A stretch of DNA of 59,632 bases, counting the filler. It is 8 parts of 8 records of this genome, joined end to end, with 100 filler letters (N's around TTAATTAATTAA, not from the genome) between each part and the next. Parts side by side here need not be neighbours in the genome. Positions count along the whole stretch, not along the records: positions 36,844 to 47,270 come from SRR31156797_38188; positions 47,371 to 52,948 come from SRR31156797_38234; 6 more parts are not named here. The stretch is one strand, 5' to 3'. The position numbers and the translations under genes were made by a program. The notes below the pieces were generated by a model. That model made no database searches, was not told the DNA's origin, and worked only from the letters and a program-made list of their open reading frames with translations. Position 1 is the first letter of the stretch, and every line of letters begins with the position of its first letter. Positions 38,730 to 47,424 of the stretch are shown piece after piece.

Positions 38730-39922
38730 AGGTTTTCTAATCCTTGCTCAATAAACAGATAGCCAATACCTTTCAGTAATTCCGAATCAGATAAATCACC
38801 AAATCGAATACTGGCTTTTTGCTCTTTCACCTTCACCACATTGCCTTCAAAAGGATTGTACAACGCTTGCTCTTTTATAACTTCCAGCCAATCATTCCCA
38901 AGCTGAGTTGCTTGCCCATAAAGAACAATATCGTTCACGTTCATCGTAACAAGAAAGTTGTAAATACTTATTCCTAAAGTGCTCGCCGCTTTATTGCATA
39001 CTCCGGTCACTAGAGGATCCTTATACCGGTATAGCTCAGCACACTGTTCGAAGTTGAGATGCTCTAGATGTATTGCGCCTTGGGATAGTCTATTTTTAGA
39101 CAGTTTACGAATATCCGTTAGCATTGCCTTGGTTGACGAAATCGTTTCAAGGCAACCGTAGCGACCACAAGAACACTTACGTCCATCCTGATCAATAATA
39201 GAATGTCCTATTTGACCACTTCCATACAGTGGTCCACGGAACACTTGGTCATCAATTAAAAACGAAGAACCAATCCCATAATCGATATTGATGACACAAA
39301 AATCTCGCGTATGAGCTGGGGTTAACCATTTTTCCGCTAGAGCAAGCATCACACAATCGTTGTCAACCAGAACTTCTGTATCTAACTCTTCTTCCAATAT
39401 GTACTTAAAATCAATAGGTGTATCCCAATCTACCTGAGGCATAAACATTGATGTGCCGGAGTGGATATCCACTTGCCCATGCAATGCTAAAGCAATGTTG
39501 AACTTCCCAATTCCAAGGCTTTTAACACACTCTCGATACACACCGAGTACATCTTTAACTAAGTGCTCTGGAAGTGTTGGAGATATCTCCCAAATTTTAC
39601 GCTCTAAGAGTACTTCCATTTTACCGTTCACCACCAGCGCAGAAATTTGACTTGGGGTGATATGTAAGCAAATGATCGGTGTTAGGTTAGGTGATATTTG
39701 ATACCCACCGCTGGAATTTCCTCTCCCTTTATGCTCAGTATCAACATGTTCTACCCAACCTTTATCTTCCAAAAAGGTTAAGATTTTACTAATGGCGGGA
39801 ATACTTAAATCCAGATAACGAGATAAGTGAGATTTGGAGAGTTGATGATATTGATAAAGGAGCCTAACCGTCAGCTTTGCATTAAACTTTCTTACTGACT
39901 GATTGTTCATGCCTTTCAGCAT
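38726..39922 (-). CDS. ROK family transcriptional repressor (YphH-like)
   Basis: N-terminal HTH LSIPAISKIL, DNDCVMLALAEKW, GQIGH..CSCGRYGCLE. Confidence 0.92.
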   Translation of the reverse strand: MLKGMNNQSVRKFNAKLTVRLLYQYHQLSKSHLSRYLDLSIPAISKILTFLEDKGWVEHVDTEHKGRGNSSGGYQISPNLTPIICLHITPSQISALVVNGKMEVLLERKIWEISPTLPEHLVKDVLGVYRECVKSLGIGKFNIALALHGQVDIHSGTSMFMPQVDWDTPIDFKYILEEELDTEVLVDNDCVMLALAEKWLTPAHTRDFCVINIDYGIGSSFLIDDQVFRGPLYGSGQIGHSIIDQDGRKCSCGRYGCLETISSTKAMLTDIRKLSKNRLSQGAIHLEHLNFEQCAELYRYKDPLVTGVCNKAASTLGISIYNFLVTMNVNDIVLYGQATQLGNDWLEVIKEQALYNPFEGNVVKVKEQKASIRFGDLSDSELLKGIGYLFIEQGLENL

Positions 39923-39949
39923 ATTAGGCTCCTTTTATTATTGTAAGAA

Positions 39950-40951
39950 TTAACCCTTTTCAGCGAGTCTCTGACGATATTGGTCAGCACCAACCGCCAA
40001 TAGAAGAATGCCACCTCTGACTAAATATTGATAGAAAGAATCCACATTCAATAAGTTAAGTGCGTTTTCGACCGTGCCCATAATAAGAACACCAACCGCA
40101 ACACCGATCACGCTAGCTTTACCGCCATTAAGTGATACACCACCTAAAACACATGCAGAAATAACACTCAATTCAAAACCTAATGAAGCATTAGGCTGAC
40201 CGCTGGTTATACGCGATGCCAGAATAACACCAGCAATAGCACATATAATGCCTTGAATAGCAAAGTTAGCGATTCGAACATTATCAACATCAACACCAGC
40301 GAGTTTTGCAGCATCACTGTTACCACCCACCGCTAACGCGTTTCTGCCGTAGCTGGTATTTTTCAATAAGAATCCAAACAAAGCGAAACACAAAATTGTG
40401 ATAACAATTGGTGTCGGAACGCCCAAAATCGTTGACTGACCTAGCATAAAGAAATTCATATTAACAACACCGACAGCATTACCGCCGGAAATGATATAGG
40501 CCCCACCGCGAACAATCTCCATCATAGCAAGCGTTGCAATAAGTGCGTTAACACGGACTTTTGTCACGAAAATTCCGTTCATTAATCCGATAAACATTCC
40601 CGCAACCAACGCGCCAATGATCCCGAGGAAGAAGCTATCAGTGGCGTTAACAATCAACGCTGCCAGAACCCCGTAAAATGCGACCTGAGAACCTACCGAT
40701 AAATCAAAGTCCTTAGAAGCAAGACAAAACATCATCGTACACGCGACCATGCCAATCTGAGATATCGACAGGCCAAGACCAACCATATTTCTTAGAGAAA
40801 AGAAGTACGGCACAAATACTGAAAGTGCGATAAATAGCAGGATGTAAACAACAATAATATTGAAGTTTTCACTATTACGAATTGCCGTCCATGTTGTACT
40901 GTTTTTTTTGTCTGAAACCATAACTTCAGCCGTTTTATTTAGTGCTGTCAT
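39950..40951 (-). CDS. Monosaccharide ABC permease (AraH-like)
   Basis: MFCLASKDFDLSVGS, YGRNALAVGGN, SRITSGQP, ISACVLGGVSL. Confidence 0.9.
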   Translation of the reverse strand: MTALNKTAEVMVSDKKNSTTWTAIRNSENFNIIVVYILLFIALSVFVPYFFSLRNMVGLGLSISQIGMVACTMMFCLASKDFDLSVGSQVAFYGVLAALIVNATDSFFLGIIGALVAGMFIGLMNGIFVTKVRVNALIATLAMMEIVRGGAYIISGGNAVGVVNMNFFMLGQSTILGVPTPIVITILCFALFGFLLKNTSYGRNALAVGGNSDAAKLAGVDVDNVRIANFAIQGIICAIAGVILASRITSGQPNASLGFELSVISACVLGGVSLNGGKASVIGVAVGVLIMGTVENALNLLNVDSFYQYLVRGGILLLAVGADQYRQRLAEKG

Positions 40952-42453
40952 ACAGTCATCTCCTGTTCAGGAAAGGCTTTAGAAAGTATGCTTTCCTCTT
41001 CATATTCTTCACGGTTAAATTGGGCAGATATTTGATTCTCTCGCATCACATACAAGCGATCAGTGATTCCCATAATTTCAGGCAACTCACTTGATATAAC
41101 TATGATAGAGATGCCCTGATTCGCGAGATCGTATAACACGTTATATATCTGGTTTTTTGCCGAAACGTCGATCCCCCTTGTAGGCTCATCAACAATCAAC
41201 ACATTGATTCTGGATTCGGCTAACCATCTGGCTAAGATAACTTTTTGTTGGTTACCACCAGACAGAAACTGGATTTCTTTCTGTAGAGAAGGGGTTTTTA
41301 TATCTAGCGTGCTAACAAAATGTTCAGCAATGTCCATCTCTTTAGATAAATTAAGAATACCCCCTAACTTCCAAAAATTACGACGGCTACTTATAGAGAT
41401 ATTTTCCCAAACCGATCGGAAAGTGATATTGCCCTCTTTCTTCCTGTCTTCAGAACAATAAAGAATCCCATTTTTAATCGCCTTCTTCGGTGTTAGGTTA
41501 GGCAGTGATTTGTCGTTCAAAGTCGCGTCAATTTCTTTACAAGACATCGCACCAATAATTGATTTCATCAGTTCGGTTCGGCCTGATCCCACCAATCCAA
41601 AGAAACCCAGAATCTCACCTTTCTTCACATCAAACTCGACAGTTTCGGGAAATTGGGTACTGACAATATGATTTAGAGCAAAGTTGGTTTCACCTAATTC
41701 TCTTGGAGAGTAGTCGTACATATCACCGATATTACGTCCAATCATCTTCTCTATGATGGTTTGACGATCGATGTTATCCAAATCGTCATACGAAATAACG
41801 TGTTTACCGTCTTTCATAACCGTACACGATGTACATATTTCGAAGATTTCAGCCATTCTATGGGAGATATAAATCAGAATTTTACCCTGAGACTGTAACT
41901 GTTTTATCACTCTGAATAATACTTCTGTTTCTGCTGCAGAAAGACTACTGGTCGGTTCATCCAGAGCAATAATATTCGCATCGAGAATCAATGCTTTTGC
42001 AATTTCAACCATCTGCTGCTGCCCCATTGATAATTTAATAACCTTATCGGTAGCGGCAAACGTCAGACCTAACTCTTTTAGCTGTTGTGTGGCTAACTGA
42101 TTCATCCTATTCCAATCGATTTTCCCATTTTTAGAAGGCATACGACCTAAGAAGATATTTTCAGCAACAGTCTGTTCAGGAACGAGTTGTAACTCCTGGT
42201 GGATAATAGCGATACCATTCTGTATTGCTTCTCTGGGTGAACGAAAATTCACAGCTTGGCCATTGACAATCACTTCGCCAGAGCTGGCTGGATAAATGCC
42301 ACCTAGCACTTTCATCAACGTACTTTTACCTGCGCCATTAGCGCCTATCAATCCATGAACTTCGCCATGACCAATTGAAAAATTGATAGAATCAAGAGCC
42401 TGTACACCGGGAAAACTTTTTGATACATCACGAAACTCAAGTGTGTTCTTCAT
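40948..42453 (-). CDS. Monosaccharide ABC ATPase, two nucleotide-binding domains (AraG-like); likely start MKNTLEF
   Basis: GANGAGKST, LDEPTSSL, LSGGNQQK, VDEPTRGIDV. Confidence 0.93.
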   Translation of the reverse strand: MKNTLEFRDVSKSFPGVQALDSINFSIGHGEVHGLIGANGAGKSTLMKVLGGIYPASSGEVIVNGQAVNFRSPREAIQNGIAIIHQELQLVPEQTVAENIFLGRMPSKNGKIDWNRMNQLATQQLKELGLTFAATDKVIKLSMGQQQMVEIAKALILDANIIALDEPTSSLSAAETEVLFRVIKQLQSQGKILIYISHRMAEIFEICTSCTVMKDGKHVISYDDLDNIDRQTIIEKMIGRNIGDMYDYSPRELGETNFALNHIVSTQFPETVEFDVKKGEILGFFGLVGSGRTELMKSIIGAMSCKEIDATLNDKSLPNLTPKKAIKNGILYCSEDRKKEGNITFRSVWENISISSRRNFWKLGGILNLSKEMDIAEHFVSTLDIKTPSLQKEIQFLSGGNQQKVILARWLAESRINVLIVDEPTRGIDVSAKNQIYNVLYDLANQGISIIVISSELPEIMGITDRLYVMRENQISAQFNREEYEEESILSKAFPEQEMTV

Positions 42454-42504
42454 GCGTTTGTTCCTCCGTGAAATCGGGGCAGTAACTGCCCCGATAATTC
42501 TCAC

Positions 42505-43494
42505 TTACAAGCCTAAATCTTTGCGTACCGCTTCATAGTTATCACGAGTTGCAAGATAACCCGATGTATAAACGAGTTTTTCAGGTTGAACACCATTCGC
42601 TACCCAGTTATACATATTGATTGATGTCTGATAACCGTGAGCTTTCGCGCTGAGAATAATCGTCCCATAAAATCCGGTTTCTACAGGTTTACGGAATTCG
42701 TTAATCGCTTCTTCGGTACCATTAATACCGAGACCTATGATGTTTCCTGAATCAATACCGTTACCTTCTAGCGCACGTACGCCACCAATAACCACCTGAT
42801 CATTCATCCCATACACAATCCATTTCTTGTATTGGCCTTTCTGTGTAATAAGACTGTTTGCTGCGTTAAATGCCTGCTCGGTGTTATCAAGACGATGTGG
42901 CGTCTCAAATATGTTTTCCGAAGGATAGTTTGATTCATTAAGAACGTCTGTCGCACCTTTTGTTCTTTCAAATGCTGTGGGAAGCTGTTTATACGTTAGC
43001 GCCATTACGCCGACATCTTTAGGGTCCCAGCCTCTGGCTTCAATTTCACCAAGCAATGCAGTACCAACTTCGCGGCCAATGTTATAAGCAGATATCCCCA
43101 TATGAACAACGTCTTCAATAGGATTACCTTTCCCATCGACTAATCGGTCATCGACCGACATCAGCTTCAAGCCATTGCGTTTTGCTGAAGCTACTACCGC
43201 AGACCCTAGCTTCACGTTAGGGACACACACGATAACGCCGTCAGCTTGTTGAGTACCTAAGTTATCTAGTGCTGACATCAGCTTTTGACCATCTTGTGCA
43301 CCAATTTTAATTAGCTCAAAACCTTTCTCTTTTGCGGCCACTTCAGCGAACTTCCATTCATCCTGAAACCAACCAGCTTCTGGCTGTTTAACAATAAAAC
43401 CTATCTTTTTAGTTTCAGCGGCAGCGTTTAACGAAGCAGAGCAAATAGAGGTTACTAATATTACTTTGCCTAAGTTCTTGTAGAGTTTTTTCAT
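42505..43494 (-). CDS. Periplasmic sugar-binding protein (AraF-like)
   Basis: Signal peptide; KIGFIVKQPE..WFQDEW, MSVDDRL, GMND..V.GGVRA resemble the L-arabinose-binding protein. Confidence 0.88.
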   Translation of the reverse strand: MKKLYKNLGKVILVTSICSASLNAAAETKKIGFIVKQPEAGWFQDEWKFAEVAAKEKGFELIKIGAQDGQKLMSALDNLGTQQADGVIVCVPNVKLGSAVVASAKRNGLKLMSVDDRLVDGKGNPIEDVVHMGISAYNIGREVGTALLGEIEARGWDPKDVGVMALTYKQLPTAFERTKGATDVLNESNYPSENIFETPHRLDNTEQAFNAANSLITQKGQYKKWIVYGMNDQVVIGGVRALEGNGIDSGNIIGLGINGTEEAINEFRKPVETGFYGTIILSAKAHGYQTSINMYNWVANGVQPEKLVYTSGYLATRDNYEAVRKDLGL

Positions 43495-43639
43495 AATTTA
43501 TCCTATCCATGTAGACCATATCGGTGATGCATACGGCTTCTTATAATTAATATTGCTCACCTGAAACGGGATATTTGTGTATCACTGTTATTGTGTAAAA
43601 AAGTTTAAAATAGTGTTGTTATTCGGTTCGGATGATCTG

Positions 43640-43669
43640 TCACGCTATTTAGTAATCTTTGTTAAGTAA
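43640..43669 (-). promoter_or_regulatory. Putative ROK operator with adjacent CRP-like half site, upstream of the binding-protein gene
   Basis: TCACGCTATTTAGTAATCTTTGTTAAGTAA, 26/30 identical to 47141-47170. Confidence 0.6.
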
Positions 43670-43729
43670 TCACCTCCTCCATTTAATATATTGCTGAATA
43701 AACCTCACCCCTTACCCAGCTTCTCGCGG

Positions 43730-43754
43730 GAGGCACTATGTTAAGCAGTGCCTC
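43730..43754 (-). terminator. Hairpin after the yphG-like gene
   Basis: GAGGCACT...AGTGCCTC stem. Confidence 0.55.
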
Positions 43755-43765
43755 TAATTTTGGAA

Positions 43766-46700
43766 TTACATAAACTGGGTAAGAATTGGGTAGAGTGTGT
43801 CTATCAATGCTACTTTATCGTGGCTCGGATCCAGCCCCAGAACAGCCTGTCGCGCACTATCGACTTCCGCATTCCCCTCATCTGTTAGAACGCACAAACC
43901 TACGCGTGCCAGATATTGAACATATCGACAATGCAACTGATGATTGCGAACAATGTCACGATCGAAAACAATTAACTCAGGCAATGAAACCGCAAAGAAA
44001 TCTTCTTTTACGTCTTGACCAAGATGCTCTTCCGCCCACTGAACCATAATATCTAATCGATGCTTTGCTTCAGCGAAATCACCTTGTTTAGCCAACCCAA
44101 GAGCCTGAAATAGCAGGTAATCTGCAGGCTGGTCATTGTAGTAACGGCTTTCAGTTAGCTCACTGGAACCACAAGTTGATTTGGACCAGTACATAGCAGC
44201 ACTGTCACTATCGTTTTGTGATTGAGCAATGCAGCCAAGCAAGAAGTACAAATCGTTGTCAGTTTGTCCGACTAAGCGACCTTCACTTAAATTGTCCGGA
44301 TAGGTTAATGCTTGCATCAAACACTCTTTAGACTGTTCAAATTTTTCATCAACAACGTATTGAACCGCCTGACGTATAAGTGCATTACGATACTGCCCGG
44401 TGACTTTTCCTTCGCCGCCCTCCCAAGGGTGGAATTTTTTAGATTGAAGAAGGTTTAACGCCTTCGTTGATTCACCTGCAATATTGAGTAGTGCTATCCA
44501 CTCTGAACTTAAATCATCCCTACGCAGTACCACATCCTGATGACTGTTTAATAGCGCTAATCGTTCTTCAACTGATTTACCGACGAGCTTATTCAGATGA
44601 TCAAGCTCGAACAAAACACGAGCGTCTTGAGGGTCTAATCTCCACGCTTCATTCATATGAGAAGCTGCGGTCTCAAAATCCTGTTGTTTATTAGCGAAGT
44701 AAACCGATAGATTCCTATGACATTCTTTAAACTCAGGTCTTTTAACCAACGCACCCTGCCACAATTCAACTGCTTTCTCGTATGATTTTTTAGAGTAGTA
44801 AAAACAACCCAAAAGATAATCAGCGAATGGGTATCCCGAAAGCTGTGTTAGAGCAAACCATTCTATGTAAGCATTTGGGAACAAGACATTTTTTGAAAAA
44901 TTCTCTTCGGCTTTCGCGACTAACTGATCTTTGCCTGTTTCTGTTAAAGCCGCTTTGATAAGCAAAGCATTTGCGCCACACGCTTCGATCCAATCGATAA
45001 CTTCAACAGCAAACTCATTAAGACCAATCGATTGATACAAACCAGAAATATGAATGGCATTCGCCAAACGTCCCTGACAGAGTTCCGTAAAGGCTCTTTT
45101 CGATTCTTCGGTACCATCAATGCGCGCCTTTTCAGCGTATAAGCCATATGCCAGTGGAAATTTCTCTATTGCCGTCGATACGTGCGCAAGGGCGTCCTCT
45201 TTTTTACCTAATTTTTCAAGTGTCGCTGCTTTAATGAAATAAGCCTGATAACTGGTTCCGTTTAACTCAATGACCTTGTCAACTTCTTCCAACGCTTCAG
45301 CGTAATGTTGTTGAATGAAAGATACTCGGCTTGCTCCTAACAGCCCGACATCACGGCAATTTCCGCTCCAAGTCGATTTATAAAAGTCAGCATAAGCAGC
45401 ATCCCATTCACCGAGCTTTTCATAAACGCAGCCACGTAGGTAACTCGCCTTACCACATGCCGGGTTTTTGTTGTATCTGTGTGCTCGTTCAATAGAACGA
45501 TTCAGAAGTGATAATGCTCTATCAAAGTCGCAACGTTGGAACTCACGCGTCGCTAGCGCAAGGTTACAACGATAATCTAACGGATCTCTAAGCAGCGCTT
45601 CCTGATAATAGTCTTCTGGCTTACCACTTGCGTGATGATATTGCTCTAAATGTTGACCAATTAAATATAATTCATCCACAGATGCCACGAGCTTAGGTTC
45701 AAGTGGCTCGTCTGCAGGGTCAGGTTTTGCGGCTTCTGCTTGATCCAATTCGGTATAACTCAGCAATTGCTGACCATGCTGAGAAATCACCGTCATAGTT
45801 AATTTCTCTTGTCCAGAGTACTGCATCGTATCTTGATCGACCTGACATGGATCTAATTCAATATTACGACTAACCAGAACTTCTGAATCCGTTCGAATAA
45901 TGACACTACACCCTCCAATATTTGATATAGCGTAAATACCCCACTCTACAGAATCACCCGTCCTTTTTAGCTTAACCGCCACATCTGTATTTGCCTGATG
46001 GACTTCTCCTAACTGGCTATACGGCAAGAAGTTTTGTACAAAACTTTTCTCTTCGTTCGAATCTATCCAAGTGAAGTCCGGCTGGTTGTCAGTGAATACC
46101 CCTGTCATCAGCTCAATATAAGGTCCACACGAATCGGTTAGGTTTTTGTCCCAGGCTAACCCGAAATCACAGTTGCCCCATGTCCACTGCTTTTTACCGG
46201 GAGAGATATGATGATTGGCGACATGAAGTAAGCCACCTTTTTCATCATGGCTATATGCGCCAACAAAGTTATAGTCAGAAGACGCTGCCATATAGGAGGT
46301 CGGAACCGGCAAATTCTTATATCGAGAAATGTCCGTACCCGGTGAGTAATCCACTTTATAGTAAGTCCCTCTTGCAATTGGGAACTCACTTACATCTCGC
46401 TTACCATGATCATAAACTGCGGATACATCAGGCGGAAAAATACTCTGATGATCATCGCCGCCTTTCACAGCAGGATTCGCCCACCACAAGAACTGACTTG
46501 GTGTTGGGTTGCCGTTGTATACTTTACCTGTAATCTCGATTAGTGCTTTATGGGGATAAAGTTTAAATCCAGCACTAATTTGCAGACCGTACATATGTTC
46601 AACTTCACCAAGCCAAACTTCCGCACTACCATCGTCGTTAGTCCGGATATTCACATCAACAGGCATATAAGTTGTAGGACGGTGGTGTTGGGGCCAGTTA

Positions 46701-47053
46701 AACTCTATGCCGCCAGAAATCCAAGGACCGATTAAACCAACAAGCGCTGGCTTAATAACATCATTACAATAAACAAAATCACGCTGGTTAATCTTGTCAT
46801 ACGCTTTATGGATTCGGCCACCAAGCTGTGGAAGTAACATGACTTTAATGTAGTCATTCTCTAGGAAAACAGCATTATACTCCTGATCCACCCACTCATC
46901 CTGAATCGAATCAATAACGCCGTAAGGGTAAACTGCACCTGAAGAACCTTGATAAACACGCTTTTCCAAAAACAGTGGATTAGTATCAACAGGGCCGGTT
47001 GGGTAAGTCGGCAAAGACACACTTTCCGACCATACTTTGACATTATTTCCCAT
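43766..47053 (-). CDS. DUF5107 + TPR protein (YphG-like)
   Basis: KRVYQGSSGAVYP, VIKPALVGLIGPWISGGIEFNWPQHHRP, FHPWEGGEGK; long TPR region. Confidence 0.9.
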   Translation of the reverse strand: MGNNVKVWSESVSLPTYPTGPVDTNPLFLEKRVYQGSSGAVYPYGVIDSIQDEWVDQEYNAVFLENDYIKVMLLPQLGGRIHKAYDKINQRDFVYCNDVIKPALVGLIGPWISGGIEFNWPQHHRPTTYMPVDVNIRTNDDGSAEVWLGEVEHMYGLQISAGFKLYPHKALIEITGKVYNGNPTPSQFLWWANPAVKGGDDHQSIFPPDVSAVYDHGKRDVSEFPIARGTYYKVDYSPGTDISRYKNLPVPTSYMAASSDYNFVGAYSHDEKGGLLHVANHHISPGKKQWTWGNCDFGLAWDKNLTDSCGPYIELMTGVFTDNQPDFTWIDSNEEKSFVQNFLPYSQLGEVHQANTDVAVKLKRTGDSVEWGIYAISNIGGCSVIIRTDSEVLVSRNIELDPCQVDQDTMQYSGQEKLTMTVISQHGQQLLSYTELDQAEAAKPDPADEPLEPKLVASVDELYLIGQHLEQYHHASGKPEDYYQEALLRDPLDYRCNLALATREFQRCDFDRALSLLNRSIERAHRYNKNPACGKASYLRGCVYEKLGEWDAAYADFYKSTWSGNCRDVGLLGASRVSFIQQHYAEALEEVDKVIELNGTSYQAYFIKAATLEKLGKKEDALAHVSTAIEKFPLAYGLYAEKARIDGTEESKRAFTELCQGRLANAIHISGLYQSIGLNEFAVEVIDWIEACGANALLIKAALTETGKDQLVAKAEENFSKNVLFPNAYIEWFALTQLSGYPFADYLLGCFYYSKKSYEKAVELWQGALVKRPEFKECHRNLSVYFANKQQDFETAASHMNEAWRLDPQDARVLFELDHLNKLVGKSVEERLALLNSHQDVVLRRDDLSSEWIALLNIAGESTKALNLLQSKKFHPWEGGEGKVTGQYRNALIRQAVQYVVDEKFEQSKECLMQALTYPDNLSEGRLVGQTDNDLYFLLGCIAQSQNDSDSAAMYWSKSTCGSSELTESRYYNDQPADYLLFQALGLAKQGDFAEAKHRLDIMVQWAEEHLGQDVKEDFFAVSLPELIVFDRDIVRNHQLHCRYVQYLARVGLCVLTDEGNAEVDSARQAVLGLDPSHDKVALIDTLYPILTQFM

Positions 47054-47140
47054 CGCTATGCCTCAAAAGTAAATTTCTTTAGTGAACAAATTTGATAAGG
47101 AAATGTTATGTGCTTATTGAGGCCGTGAATTACCGATGGT

Positions 47141-47170
47141 TCACGCTATATATTAATCTATGTTTAGTAA
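47141..47170 (-). promoter_or_regulatory. Putative ROK operator with adjacent CRP-like half site, upstream of the yphG-like gene
   Basis: TCACGCTATATATTAATCTATGTTTAGTAA, 26/30 identical to 43640-43669. Confidence 0.6.
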
Positions 47171-47247
47171 ACGTTTAGGACATACAGTCCTGATTTCATC
47201 GCTCAAGTAATCCTCTGAACATAATTCAGCCATCAAGAAATATCATG

Positions 47248-47270
47248 CAGGGAAAACATTTATTGCTCGT
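47248..47270 (+). repeat. Terminal direct repeat (23 nt), right copy, preceded by the EamA ATG at 47245
   Basis: ATG-CAGGGAAAACATTTATTGCTCGT. Confidence 0.97.
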
Positions 47271-47370
47271 NNNNNNNNNNNNNNNNNNNNNNNNNNNNNN
47301 NNNNNNNNNNNNNNTTAATTAATTAANNNNNNNNNNNNNNNNNNNNNNNNNNNNNNNNNNNNNNNNNNNN
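47271..47370. other. Artificial contig spacer
   Basis: N-run with TTAATTAATTAA. Confidence 0.98.
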
Positions 47371-47424
47371 AATATGTAATAGACTTTTTAATGCATATTC
47401 TGGGTTAAATAGGAGAGTAATCTT

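Noticed and set aside
47087-47115. dif/XerCD-like site (ATTTGATAAG-GAAATG-TTATGT) as the circle's recombination site
   Set aside because: The XerD arm matches only TTATGT and diverges afterwards (GCTTA vs TAAAT); too weak in AT-rich promoter DNA.
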